DNA of 63,986 nucleotides, the filler included, from Sanchytrium tribonematis (lineage: Eukaryota): assembly GCA_018985235.1 (NCBI GenBank). It is 5 parts of 5 records of this genome, joined end to end, with 100 filler letters (N's around TTAATTAATTAA, not from the genome) between each part and the next. Parts side by side here need not be neighbours in the genome. Positions count along the whole stretch, not along the records: positions 13,619 to 27,101 come from JADGIG010000188.1; positions 27,202 to 40,662 come from JADGIG010000189.1; 3 more parts are not named here. One strand, written 5' to 3'. This document shows positions 23,632-34,384 of the stretch, piece after piece. The stretch's first letter is position 1; each line of letters starts with the position of its first letter. The notes under the pieces were generated by a model. That model was not told where the DNA came from. It saw only the letters and a program-made list of their open reading frames with translations, and did not search any database. A program made the position numbers and the translations under genes.

Positions 23632-24342
23632 TCAGTTAGAAAGTACGGAGATTAAACACAAACTAGAATATGATTGGTTGTTTTGATTGGTTTGGTACTT
23701 GACGATTTTGATTGGCACATGCACGTGTTTCAAGATTTCGGAAGTGAATGTAATTCCACCCACAACTTCTATTTCATTTCCCGGTACTTCGTAAATATAA
23801 GCAGCATTAATATCTCTAGAAATGACAACTGATGGGTAATTGAGAGAATAATGAAGTAAAGTGATATTTCTACCGTTATGGACACCTTTTCTACCATCAA
23901 ATACATTAGAGTTGCGATATCTTAGACTGCGAACGTATGATACATAACTCTTCTTTAACTGATTAATTAACTCAGGATGATTGCATTGTTGACAATCACG
24001 ATCTCCAAATACTGTTTTACTTTGTACGATCAGATTTGCTGGAATTACGGATCTTTTTAGTGCATTATTACAAATGTAGAATCCAACGTAATGTTTATGA
24101 AAAAACCCATAATTCAGAAAGATTTGTTCGCTTGCAATCATTGCTATATGATGATTCTTAATTTTAAAGGTAAATTCCAATGTCTTACTACCACAAGTTG
24201 TAAGATATAAAAACTGATTCTTGTTCTCAAATTCATCAATCACAAAAGCTATTCTATCGTTCATATGCGCTTCGGTAGTGGCGATACTCTTTTTTACAAT
24301 CTCAACACATGGAGCCATAATGGTTTGAAAATTGAAAACCAA
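23632..24342 (-). CDS. Hypothetical protein in a TE-rich region
   Basis: 236-aa uninterrupted ORF with one CxxC; no family recognised. Confidence 0.4.
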   Translation of the reverse strand: MVFNFQTIMAPCVEIVKKSIATTEAHMNDRIAFVIDEFENKNQFLYLTTCGSKTLEFTFKIKNHHIAMIASEQIFLNYGFFHKHYVGFYICNNALKRSVIPANLIVQSKTVFGDRDCQQCNHPELINQLKKSYVSYVRSLRYRNSNVFDGRKGVHNGRNITLLHYSLNYPSVVISRDINAAYIYEVPGNEIEVVGGITFTSEILKHVHVPIKIVKYQTNQNNQSYSSLCLISVLSN

Positions 24343-24809
24343 TTTTATTCATCTATCTCGGTCTTGGTTTTACAGATCATTGGAATGAAATCAATTCAGA
24401 TAAATAAAACTTGAAGAATGTAAAAAAATTTAATCACATGATTGGTTAAGAATATTTGTCTAATATTTGTAGTGTTTTCTGGCTTTTGTCTTTAACATGG
24501 ATTATCTCAAAATGATACTTTTGTAAAATATCTAGTTATCGTAGTGTGTGTCCCAAATGTCTTGTCATCAGAAATTTTATTTCATCTTGGGACTGTTAAC
24601 TAGTTCATTGAGCCCTGTACCAGACCGTTTTCTTCCTTTGGAATTTAATTACAATGTCTTTCCTTTTGGCGTCGTGTGTAAAGACATGTTTTTAATCCTG
24701 TTTGACATTTGCCAAGACGAATACGAGTTGATACTAGAAAGGGTCTTGAAATAAATAAACTTGTAAAGCATGCCTCGGGTCTCTAATAAAATTATTGGAG
24801 TGAAACTTA

Positions 24810-25186
24810 ATGTTTAACTTTAATTTAAAGAAATGGATTGAAGGATTACCAGACGGTCTTGGCTATGATCTACTTAAAGAAATATTCTCGAATAAACCAA
24901 TGAGTCCGTTGACAAAGTTAAAGAAATATGCTCGAATAAACCAATGAGTCCGTTGACAAAGTTTGGTTTGGTAGGTGTCGGATTTGTGGCAGGTAGTTAT
25001 TATTCTAACGTTCCTTATTCAATAGCGTTTAACGATGGCATCAATTCTGCAAATGCTGGTTATTCAAAGAAATCTGATGGGAAATTGGAGATCCAGTGGA
25101 AAAAAATATCTGGAGATTCTGAGAAGTTTGATGTTATCGTTCAAGATCATAGCCGTCTTTTTGAAAATGAGTATAAAGGCTGGTGA
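24810..25186 (+). pseudogene. Small membrane-protein ORF frameshifted by a 44-bp tandem duplication
   Basis: Removing one repeat copy gives a continuous frame MFNFNLKKW...KPMSPLTKFGLVGVGF...YKGW. Confidence 0.45.
24874..24961 (+). repeat. 44-bp tandem duplication
   Basis: 24874-24917 and 24918-24961, one mismatch. Confidence 0.9.
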
Positions 25187-25655
25187 TAAATCTAAAATAC
25201 AGAGCTTGGTGCAGCTCCACATTGCTCCACAACTTCCTGCTAAACTTGGAGGGTTTAAAATTATTATTTGGGATAACCCTGAACATAATTATGGATACAG
25301 AGTAATAAGCACTGCACTATTGAAGGAATTACGAGAAATCCAAAAAGAAGCCATTGAAACTTTTGGAAATGAATTAACTGCAGATATTAGTAGAACCCAC
25401 CACATGTGTGATAACTGGGCCAAATACGCACTTGATCAGAATAGGTTTTCGGCCATTGCGACCAAAGTTTTAAAGAAAAACAATATTGAACCAGCTAAAC
25501 CATTTTACCAATTAAATTATGACGAGTATAAATCAGAAAAATTTGATTATACGTTATTTCCTTGTGTAAATAATGATGAAATTATAGCTGTCTCCGGCAG
25601 CTCGGACAGCCTGTTGGTAAATTACAATAAAAAAAATACCAATCTGATCCCATAA
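25035..25655 (+). CDS. Hypothetical protein
   Basis: 206-aa ORF overlapping the preceding ORF; no domain recognised. Confidence 0.4.
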   Translation: MASILQMLVIQRNLMGNWRSSGKKYLEILRSLMLSFKIIAVFLKMSIKAGDKSKIQSLVQLHIAPQLPAKLGGFKIIIWDNPEHNYGYRVISTALLKELREIQKEAIETFGNELTADISRTHHMCDNWAKYALDQNRFSAIATKVLKKNNIEPAKPFYQLNYDEYKSEKFDYTLFPCVNNDEIIAVSGSSDSLLVNYNKKNTNLIP

Positions 25656-26226
25656 CTACATCAAATTACATAGAAATACTAAAATACAAATTTTTCTATA
25701 ACGTCTGATGGATATACTCTGTTAAATACCGACACAATTGATGAACTCTTATTGATAATAAATGATAAAATCAAATTAATGTGGGATAGAAACAAGGCCA
25801 ACAGGGGCTCTAAATTAAAAATTAATTCAAACATATTAATTACACATATTTCCAGGGCTGTTTCTAGGGTTTTCAGCTGATTTGCTTCCGATTTTACCTT
25901 GTTTAATGAGCCATTCTACCTGACTTGAACTGAATTTAGTGAAGTGACTAATCTGTCATTTCCAGCCTTCACTCTGGCGGAATTGGGCACGTCTGCAAAT
26001 TCTACTTGTTGTAGTGCCATTTTCCTTTGCATGAAACTATCTAAAAGTGTCTAAAGTCGTGCCTATGATGCACACGACTGTGAGTACTCGAAATTCAAGT
26101 TTTCAATGTATTATTATTCAAATTTGTTCACAGTGTCGTATTTACTTGCTCTTCCTTTTAACCTTTTCTTTGTTTCTGTTGTATTCCTTTTGTGTCTCCA
26201 CTATTTGGATCACAACTTTCTGCTTT

Positions 26227-27060
26227 TCAAACACTTTCATCACCAGTCAAATCTATGTCCATCTGGCACATCAACTTGTGATACAAATCAATATTTAAAT
26301 TGTTAAATACAGTATTGTCTGCTGGTCTGACTTCAATACGCATATTCTCCAAGGTATTTTTCAAATTCTCATCATCTAAAGAGTTGATCATTTTAAAGTA
26401 TTTTCCTTCTATTTTCAACACGCAAAAGGGACCTTCAAATTGGCAATTCATTTTAGGATGAATGTCTTCAATTCTGTATCATACCAAAATACCAACAAGC
26501 ATCTTAAACTTTTGACTATTATATTTTTGATTGACTTCTCAACAAAACTCATAATCATGCTCTGAAAGACTGCTAGTAATCCAAATAGGCCTAGTGCCCG
26601 TTTAAACATGTCTACAGATCTTAAACTTATCCTTGCTTCTGCTAAATTTCTTTTAGTATGCTTAACAACGCTGAAACCACTTTGAGTGATGAAATAGCCA
26701 ACATATGAGTCATCATGATCATCAATAGGTCTAGACTTATCCAAATCAAGCGTTAATCCTAATGGAGCAATTAGTCCAATCAATTCATCAATATTCTGGT
26801 CTTCATTTGCAATATAATCATGTTCTAATAAATCATCCACAAATTGTTCCAATAAAACGGGTTGTACATCTATTGGCTGTTTTCATATCCAGCAACTTCG
26901 CAAAGTACAATGCCGATAATCAGCTCTCTGATAAAGACCAGTTTGCAAACTAGCAATGCTGCAAATCATTGCAGACAGTTGGTCAGATAATGTCAGTTAT
27001 TTACCTCTAAGACTGGTGCGATCAAATGCTTTGGCAAAATTATATTTTCGCATTTTTTTG
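26227..27060 (-). mobile_element. Degenerate non-LTR reverse transcriptase fragment
   Basis: NFAKAFD, GLYQ../LSALYF and QFVDDL motifs in RT order, with frameshifts. Confidence 0.65.
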
Positions 27061-27101
27061 TAATTTTTCTCCTCTTCTGGCTTTGTTTCTAAATAGATTT
27101 G

Positions 27102-27201
27102 NNNNNNNNNNNNNNNNNNNNNNNNNNNNNNNNNNNNNNNNNNNNTTAATTAATTAANNNNNNNNNNNNNNNNNNNNNNNNNNNNNNNNNNNNNNNNNNN
27201 N
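27102..27201. other. Artificial contig spacer
   Basis: N44-TTAATTAATTAA-N44. Confidence 0.99.
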
Positions 27202-27508
27202 CACCTGTTAATTGATTGTCTTCAATTCTCAGATAATCCAAAGTACTTGGAAATGTCGTATTTCTATTCAAAGTACCATTCAAATTCATGCCTGTAAATG
27301 AAATATACGTCACTCGTTGATTCGATCCCGATGCGGTACATTTCATGCCGAATGATGGATAGTTTGGATTATTCGGAATCAAGCAACAATTCGTTTTCAA
27401 AGATTGCAGGGCATCTGGGGCAACCAAATGCATATTTAATGAGACAGCAAATTGAATGACAGAGGAGCAGTCTTGCGATATACCATGAACACCATAGAGG
27501 TAGAGCAT
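27202..27508 (-). CDS. Secreted/surface LRR protein, truncated at contig start
   Basis: Signal peptide, DC...CC...C N-cap and first LRR (NQLTG); paralog of the 27633 gene. Confidence 0.75.
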
Positions 27509-27632
27509 CAAGTCAATTTTGTCGAGTGGCTTATAAATCGTATGACAAAGATTGATTGGCTCGATCGAAATAACGCGCTTTTTTTATTGGACATTTTGAA
27601 GCCACTTAAAAGCCATTTTTTAAAACTGCGTC

Positions 27633-28973
27633 ATGTTACTGCTTCTCTTGTTTATGAACTTGGTAAATGCTGTCACAGATTGTGATAAAGTGTATTATTT
27701 GGCAGTTGGTTTAGGGATGGATATCAATCCAACAAAATTGAACACTATCAAGCAAGATTGCTGCACTTCTGCAGGTGTTACATGCAATGGTGCATCAGTT
27801 ACTTCCATTATCTGGAATAGCAATGCTCTAGGAGGAACTATTAACGCGTCTTCGATTCCCAGCAATTTGATTCGTTTGTATTTAAGTTCAAATTCAATTA
27901 CGGGTGATTTACCAAGTGAATTTCCGGATAGTTTGCAGGATCTTATTGCAGATAGTAATGCACTAACCGGAAATATCACCAAATGGCCAGCATCAATGAC
28001 TAGTGTGGATATTTCATACAATTCCATTTCTGGTGTTTTACCAGCTATTCCCAGTGGTTGCACCAATTTTGTAGTTGCATACAATCAATTTAGTGGTAGA
28101 TTGCCAGCCGTGACTGGTAAATTGGTCACATATGACGTGGATAACAATTTATTGACTGGATCTGTAAATTATTACACATTTGATATTTTACAGTCATTTG
28201 ATTGTTCTTTCAATTTGTTTAGTGGTACAGTGCCTGATTTATCTGGTAAATCCAGTTTGAAATCACTGTATTACAATGATAACAAGTTTGTAGGAGATAT
28301 CACCAATAGGTTTCCAAAAATATTAACGACATTTTCCATCTCAAACAATCAATTTTATGGGACAGTAGAATTGAATAAACCTATTCAAGTGCAAATAAAT
28401 GGCAACTACATTACAGATGTGATTATTCATGATGTCACAGCAATCACATTTGGATGTCAATTGGGCAATAATCCATTACTTGGAAATATGAGATTATCAG
28501 ATTATTCTGTATGTGACACGACTGGGATCTACAACGCATCTGATATTACATTCTCATTAGGAAGTAGTACGACAACAGCATCTACTGTAGCCAGCACAAC
28601 GAGTCTAAAAATGACCACGACGACTTTTCTCCTTGCAACGACAAAAACAATCGTCACTCGACGTATTATTGCACCTACTACCACATATCGCATTACTTCC
28701 ACCACGGTCACCTCTACCGTTGATTCAGCAAGAAGTAAGATCTCAGAAATCACAACAACAGCGAGAAACAACATTTTTGATTATGTCATTGCAGATCCAT
28801 CTACATTTGAATTTACCATATTGATGGCAATGAGAGTATTTGTAGACGGTATGATCTTTATTGCAGCAGTATTAACGACATTCCAATTACGTAGAAAGAG
28901 ATCTAAACTGGATTCTGCATCTGCTTCAAGTCAAAAAGGAAAACCCTCTCAATCAAGTCAAATCACTAAATAA
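27633..28973 (+). CDS. LRR receptor-like surface protein (signal peptide, plant-type LRRs, S/T stalk, TM, short basic tail)
   Basis: Repeated LxLSxNxL[ST]GxLP units, Thr-rich stalk, hydrophobic segment followed by RRKR. Confidence 0.88.
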   Translation: MLLLLLFMNLVNAVTDCDKVYYLAVGLGMDINPTKLNTIKQDCCTSAGVTCNGASVTSIIWNSNALGGTINASSIPSNLIRLYLSSNSITGDLPSEFPDSLQDLIADSNALTGNITKWPASMTSVDISYNSISGVLPAIPSGCTNFVVAYNQFSGRLPAVTGKLVTYDVDNNLLTGSVNYYTFDILQSFDCSFNLFSGTVPDLSGKSSLKSLYYNDNKFVGDITNRFPKILTTFSISNNQFYGTVELNKPIQVQINGNYITDVIIHDVTAITFGCQLGNNPLLGNMRLSDYSVCDTTGIYNASDITFSLGSSTTTASTVASTTSLKMTTTTFLLATTKTIVTRRIIAPTTTYRITSTTVTSTVDSARSKISEITTTARNNIFDYVIADPSTFEFTILMAMRVFVDGMIFIAAVLTTFQLRRKRSKLDSASASSQKGKPSQSSQITK

Positions 28974-29180
28974 ATGATTGATTTTGCAGTGCAAAATATA
29001 TGATGGGCTATGAGGCCATATCATGACATTTCACGCCAATGACGCCATATGAACTCATTCAAGCACGACATTTGACTTGTAACTTTCATCATTTAGCACA
29101 CCATATTGGTCATCTCTCATTGATTATTGGTGCATATAAAGCACATGATGCTATAAATAAAGGTGGGCAATACTTTAGCC

Positions 29181-30589
29181 ATGTTGTTTTATTTGGCGCT
29201 GTTTGCCACTTTAATTACGGAATCCAATCCAGATGCCATTACTCGTGGACAGTTGTACGTTGAAGCAGATATATTCTTGAATGACAATTGGAATCGAATT
29301 AAAGCATGTTATGGTGATATGAGATTATCAAACTGCTTTACCAAATCCTATTTGCAAAAGACATCTCGAGAGAATCAAGAAAGATATGCAAAAATCATGA
29401 AAGTATTGCCATCGTATTTACAAGATCAATCATATTCAGCAGGTATTCCAGCTGATTTTCCAGGTGTCGATGGACTGACTACGGAAGATGCCACTAAAGT
29501 GCTGAAAGAAGTGCTTACCTACATGAATAGTGATAACACACTCCCAATAGAATATGGCCAGAATGTATTTGAGCCACAACCTGTCCTTGTTAATAAAAGA
29601 TCAGAGACATCTGGAATGCAATCCCGTTCTGCTAGTTATGGGTCTTTAGACAATGTCGATTTGGTAAAAAGATCACTAACGGAGAATCATGGTGATGTAG
29701 AACAAGGAAATGCAGCTGGGAATGGTGTTGAAGATGAAGAGGGAGAAAGAACTCCATTGGTCGGCTTTGGGCAATTGGTTAAAAATACAAGAATGGGAAT
29801 TGCTGGAGCACCAGAACATGTGTATGAGACGGCAAAAAATGCCATTGTTGGTACTGTTGCCGGAACACATCAATGTATCAGAGACACGCACAACGCACAT
29901 AAGAAAATGCACCGCGATGCTGTTAGAAGAATCCGAGCATTCTCTTCTCATCCTGGATTATTTATCTCATTCATTATTGGATTAGCTGTATTAGCTGGTT
30001 CAATGGGCTTAATGGGCTTTGGTATTCAAAAATACACTGGAATTGACAAACAAGTGAATCAAGCTAAAACTAGTTTAATCAGTCACTGCAATTGGGGATT
30101 TAGCTGTAAAAATGGTGTCGTATTACCAGATAAAGAGCAATACAGTTATACGGAATATGTCAGTCATTGCACGCAGACAGAATATATTTGTGGTTCTTAC
30201 ACGTCCTATGTGGGTTATGGCAATTATTACAACTCAGGATGCTATACAAGTATCGTACCAGGTCATTTTTCATTGATTTAGGTTGTTATTGGGACGAAAC
30301 CAGAATTGGAACACGTAAAATCGAGTATTTAAATGATATTGATGGTAAAATATTACGGGATACTCTACGACAAGAAGTAGCTGATGGAAATTGTGCCATT
30401 GAGAATAAAGGAGATTGGAGAGGTGACGATGCACCTGGCAAATGCGATACTTTAAATTCTAAAGTGGGCAATATCAAACATCAAAGAAATAATTATTTGG
30501 GTGCAATTATTCCTGGTGCAATATTGGGATTCTTTTCAATTATTGCTGATATTTGGATGTTGGCTGCATTGTGTACTGAAGCATATTAA
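29181..30589 (+). CDS. Tandem family member 1: signal peptide, W..I..C domain, KR sites, hydrophobic segment, Cys-rich loop, C-terminal TM (exons 29181-30261, 30282-30589)
   Basis: A 20-nt intron restores the GCYW motif shared with paralogs; architecture shared with the 33019, 34350 and 35700 genes. Confidence 0.8.
30262..30281 (+). other. 20-nt spliceosomal intron
   Basis: GTCATTTTTCATTGATTTAG; spliced product reads IVP-G-CYWDET. Confidence 0.8.
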
Positions 30590-30876
30590 AATAAATCATC
30601 ATGATTTTGATGGTGTTTTAAAAATGATTTTACACCAATTGGAAATCAAAAATATTAAGCGGGGCTTATCCCACCAATAATAATCCATATCAATGGCATC
30701 ATTCATGATCATTTGACAATTCTCCTTGATGTTAGGGTCGACTTATAAATAAAATTCAATACATTGAAATTTCAAGACTCCTTATTTTTCGCCATTTGAT
30801 TGGCTTTTCAAGACTAGTATTGAAATAAATTATTTCAAGATTATTTCAAGTCTTTTTAGAAGGAGATTTTTCTAAC

Positions 30877-31590
30877 ATGGCAGTCACAATTGCAAAATTA
30901 CCAATATCACTCATTATTGATGTATTACAAGCATACTCATCAAATCACGAGAGATTAAAGAATTTAAACAGATATGATAAAGGAACAATGATGCGTAGCA
31001 TTGCAGAGAATTGGCCAGAAGATGTCAGTTATGAAGGTTTTGACCTAGTCAATTTAACTGGACCACTTCTTACCAAGATTTTATGCGTTGAAAGAAAAGA
31101 ATATCGTAAAATATTTGCATTGAGAAGCAGAGGGTCAGGATATGCTGCTGCTAAAGCAAATCATCATTGTTGGGAAGAAGCATTTGCAGCATTTTCTAAA
31201 GAAGATGAATTTGATCCCACAGTAGTGCAAGAATCATCCATGCCACCTTCATTTGCAGAACCAATCATGGTACCACTTCCCCATCCTGATACCCTTGGAT
31301 CTATTGACTCCATGGCGGAGCTATTGTTTTCTTCTGCAACAAATTCACCCACACCAAGGGCAGTGAATTATGAATTGAGCCCATCTTGCCGTAAAAGAGA
31401 TGACGATTTGGATACTCGTAGTAAAAAGCAAAAATTAGAGCACAGCCAATTACGCGCACATGATGCAGTTATTCAAATGGCAGCAAATCACATTGAATTA
31501 ACTAGAACTATCACCGAACACATGTCCATCTCAACCAGATTAAAGCAAAGACAATTGGAGTTATTGGAAAGACAAGCAGCAAATCAATAA
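30877..31590 (+). CDS. Harbinger accessory (putative DNA-binding) protein
   Basis: Second ORF inside the TIRs, with a basic NLS-like segment and C-terminal coiled coil. Myb/SANT motif not clearly seen. Confidence 0.7.
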   Translation: MAVTIAKLPISLIIDVLQAYSSNHERLKNLNRYDKGTMMRSIAENWPEDVSYEGFDLVNLTGPLLTKILCVERKEYRKIFALRSRGSGYAAAKANHHCWEEAFAAFSKEDEFDPTVVQESSMPPSFAEPIMVPLPHPDTLGSIDSMAELLFSSATNSPTPRAVNYELSPSCRKRDDDLDTRSKKQKLEHSQLRAHDAVIQMAANHIELTRTITEHMSISTRLKQRQLELLERQAANQ

Positions 31591-31591
31591 A

Positions 31592-32882
31592 TTAAACAAT
31601 AAAATCATTTACTAGTTGTTGTCTGACTTGGTTCCCATCTTCGCGGATTCTATTATCATTGTGGTTCATGAAGTCATATCCAGATCTTCTTGTTCCGTCC
31701 GGATTCGCAATAAATGATCTGTGTAGCATTTGCAACGTCTCGAAACATTCCGATTGAGATTGATTTTCAAATGGATACTCTTCTGCAAGTTGCTCGATTC
31801 GTGATGTATTAATCTCTTTAATGGATATCATTATATTATATAGAATAAATAATGATCTTGTAAATTTGGTGTGCTTCTGAAATTCACTTTCTTTGGGAAC
31901 AGATAAATATGGAAAGATTCTCTTGAGTAACCCAAACACCATTTCAATTCGGACTCTTGCACGACTGAGTTCGTAATTAAACTTAGTTCGACGATAAGGA
32001 TCAAAATTGACTTGAGATGCGGTAAATGGTGTCATTAAATGAGGTGTTACGCCAAATCCAGAATCCCCCAAAATGAAATTTCCTTGAGGAAGTAAATGAA
32101 TCCAAGAATACAAACTAGAAGATTTGATCTAAATAAATATAAAATACAACTGTTGAATCTGCTTTATTGCCACTGTGGCCAATAGAATACCCCAAAATTC
32201 GATATTTGAAATCACATAAAACAACCACTAAGTGACTGTAAAATGATTTAAAACAATAGAATGATGTTGGATCCGCACTTTTGGGAAGCTTTATGGGTAT
32301 ATGACATCCATCTAAACATCCAATTGCACCCTTTAATTCAGTAAAAACATTCATGCCGTCTTCCAAATCTTGCATTTCATGATTCAGTGAAGGTAAATAA
32401 ACAAAAAATGGCTCAAGTAATATTAAATATTCACTAAATTGAATAACGGATTTAAATGCAGTAGTCTCAGAAACTCCAAAGAAATTAGCAAGTGCCACGT
32501 AGTCAATGGAATGGCCAAAATAAAAAAGACCCATTCCGATACGTAAAGTAATTGGTGTAATTGGCCTACCTCGCGTCTCGGTTTTAAAACTTTGCTGCAA
32601 ATAAATATCCTTGATAATTTCAAAAAATTTAAAAAATCCAACTGGTGAAAGGCGAAACAATCTTTTGAATTCTTTTGAGCTCATGCCCTCATTAATACAA
32701 TCAATGGGATCCATTTTATGTACTCTGTTATAAATTTTCGGTCCTCTAGTGCGTTTTTCTTCAGGAACATCTTCATTAAGCGATGCAAAACTTGAAATTA
32801 TTTGATGTTGTGCATGTTGTATAGATAAAATGAGCTGCAACTCGTCCTCAGAGTCGTAATCACATTGCAGAGTGTGTTGCAT
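31592..32882 (-). CDS. Harbinger DDE transposase, intact after splicing (exons 32882-32148, 32128-31592)
   Basis: FRLS HTH region; GCLDGCHI, ILGDSGF and RVRIEMVFGLLK supply the DDE triad; one 19-nt intron. Confidence 0.92.
32129..32147 (-). other. 19-nt spliceosomal intron
   Basis: GTATTTTATATTTATTTAG; spliced product reads DSTV-IKSSSLYSW. Confidence 0.88.
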
Positions 32883-33018
32883 TTTGTGCAAATTAAGTGT
32901 TAGAGGGAGATATTTCAATACATTGAATTTATTTTAAGAATCAGTATTGAATTTTATGTGACGTCATATAATCACATCATCGATTTCAATACTATGAAAT
33001 TAATTTATAAGTCGGGCC

Positions 33019-34104
33019 TTATTGTCATTGTTGCTCTTTGCGAGTGTCCCTGTAAAGATTGATGAAAATACGGCTAATTCTCTCACTGATACATTATTGA
33101 CGCTGTTAAAGCATTGGGATGATATCCGAAGTTGTTGGATCAATCCTAATGATTGTGAGACATTGAGACATGTCTTGCCATCAACTAGACTTGAATCCAT
33201 TCAAATATTGGGATTTCAAATTAAACATCCATCAACATTAATTGATCATACTAAATATATGACTGATGCCAATTTAGAACAAACAGTAACTATATTTGTC
33301 AATATAATGAACAATCCTATTAATATGCCGTATAGACAGCAAATTGTTGTATTGTTGAGAGAGGAGGCCATTTGGATTAATCCTTTATTAATGAAAAGAT
33401 CAAAACATGATGCTAATTATGGAACTGTTCCAACTTTGGATGGCAGCCCACCAAGTCGAAAAAACATTTTGTCTAAATTTTTGAAAAATCCCAAATTATT
33501 AGCCGCATTTGCAGTTGCATTGGCATCCATTTATGGCATGAATAAAGGCATTCCAGGACTATCACAAGCCAAAGAAACACTCAGGCCTGTATTTGTGAAT
33601 AGAGAAACCAATTGTTTATATGATTATTACTGTCAAGGACCTTATCCTCCAACAGAAAAGACAATTATTCATTATGAAAATAGATCTCACTGTTTGAAAG
33701 AAGTACAAGTGTGTGAAAATGGCAAGTGTACTACACATGAAGAAGCAGGATGTTATTGGTTGGATCCAGTTAGACAAGTATTTTATATTGAAAATTTGAA
33801 AAAGTACACTGGGGAAGTCATGACGGAAACATTAAGAAAATTAATCTATTTTGGGAGATGTCAAGTTTATAATGCAAAACAACCAGATGATGTCACATTT
33901 GAGCAAGAACAAGAGACTTGTATAAAATTAGATAAAGAAGTGAGACAATTACAATGGGATGTCACGAAGAAATGGTGGTTCTATATTGTACCAAGTTTGA
34001 TAGGATTATTAGTGTCATTTGCAGAGTTGGTTTATCTCGTGAGTCATTTAAAAAAAGAATGGAATAAGCCAATTGGTGAAAATCATTTGGTGTTGCTAGT
34101 TTAA
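33019..34104 (+). CDS. Tandem family member 2; its ATG (30729-30731) is separated from the body by the Harbinger insertion
   Basis: Reconstructed empty site reads ATG TTA TTG TCA = MLLSLLLFASV; the body is uninterrupted and carries the family motifs. Confidence 0.8.
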   Translation, partial: LLSLLLFASVPVKIDENTANSLTDTLLTLLKHWDDIRSCWINPNDCETLRHVLPSTRLESIQILGFQIKHPSTLIDHTKYMTDANLEQTVTIFVNIMNNPINMPYRQQIVVLLREEAIWINPLLMKRSKHDANYGTVPTLDGSPPSRKNILSKFLKNPKLLAAFAVALASIYGMNKGIPGLSQAKETLRPVFVNRETNCLYDYYCQGPYPPTEKTIIHYENRSHCLKEVQVCENGKCTTHEEAGCYWLDPVRQVFYIENLKKYTGEVMTETLRKLIYFGRCQVYNAKQPDDVTFEQEQETCIKLDKEVRQLQWDVTKKWWFYIVPSLIGLLVSFAELVYLVSHLKKEWNKPIGENHLVLLV

Positions 34105-34271
34105 TCAATAAACGAGGATTTTATTATATTTTAAAATAACTCGAAAAATTGGATGATTTGGTGAATCAATTGGATAGGGATGTAAAGAAATGGTATTCAA
34201 TAAATAAAATGTTGCGATTGATCTCGATGACTAAAAGATAGATTGTACAGCAGGGGATATTAGAAGGAGTC

Positions 34272-34384
34272 TAAGGAGGTTATCGCACCAATCAAATGAT
34301 GAGATAATGACATGGGGGATATACAAATAGAAATAGACAGATCATCCCCATGTTATTGCCATTGACGTTGTTGTATGCGCGTGT
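34272..34384 (+). repeat. 113-bp promoter/5'UTR/signal-peptide cassette, repeated at 35622-35734 and partly at about 36817-36878
   Basis: Two mismatches between the two full copies; a related GGGGCTTATCCCACCAAT motif lies at 30661. Confidence 0.9.

Larger units (their letters stand above)
30735..33018. mobile_element. Complete PIF/Harbinger DNA transposon
   Basis: 24-bp TIRs (20/24 match) at 30735-30758 and 32995-33018; TTA target duplication at 30732-30734 and 33019-33021; two convergent ORFs; subterminal TTCAATACATTGAA near both ends. Confidence 0.92.
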
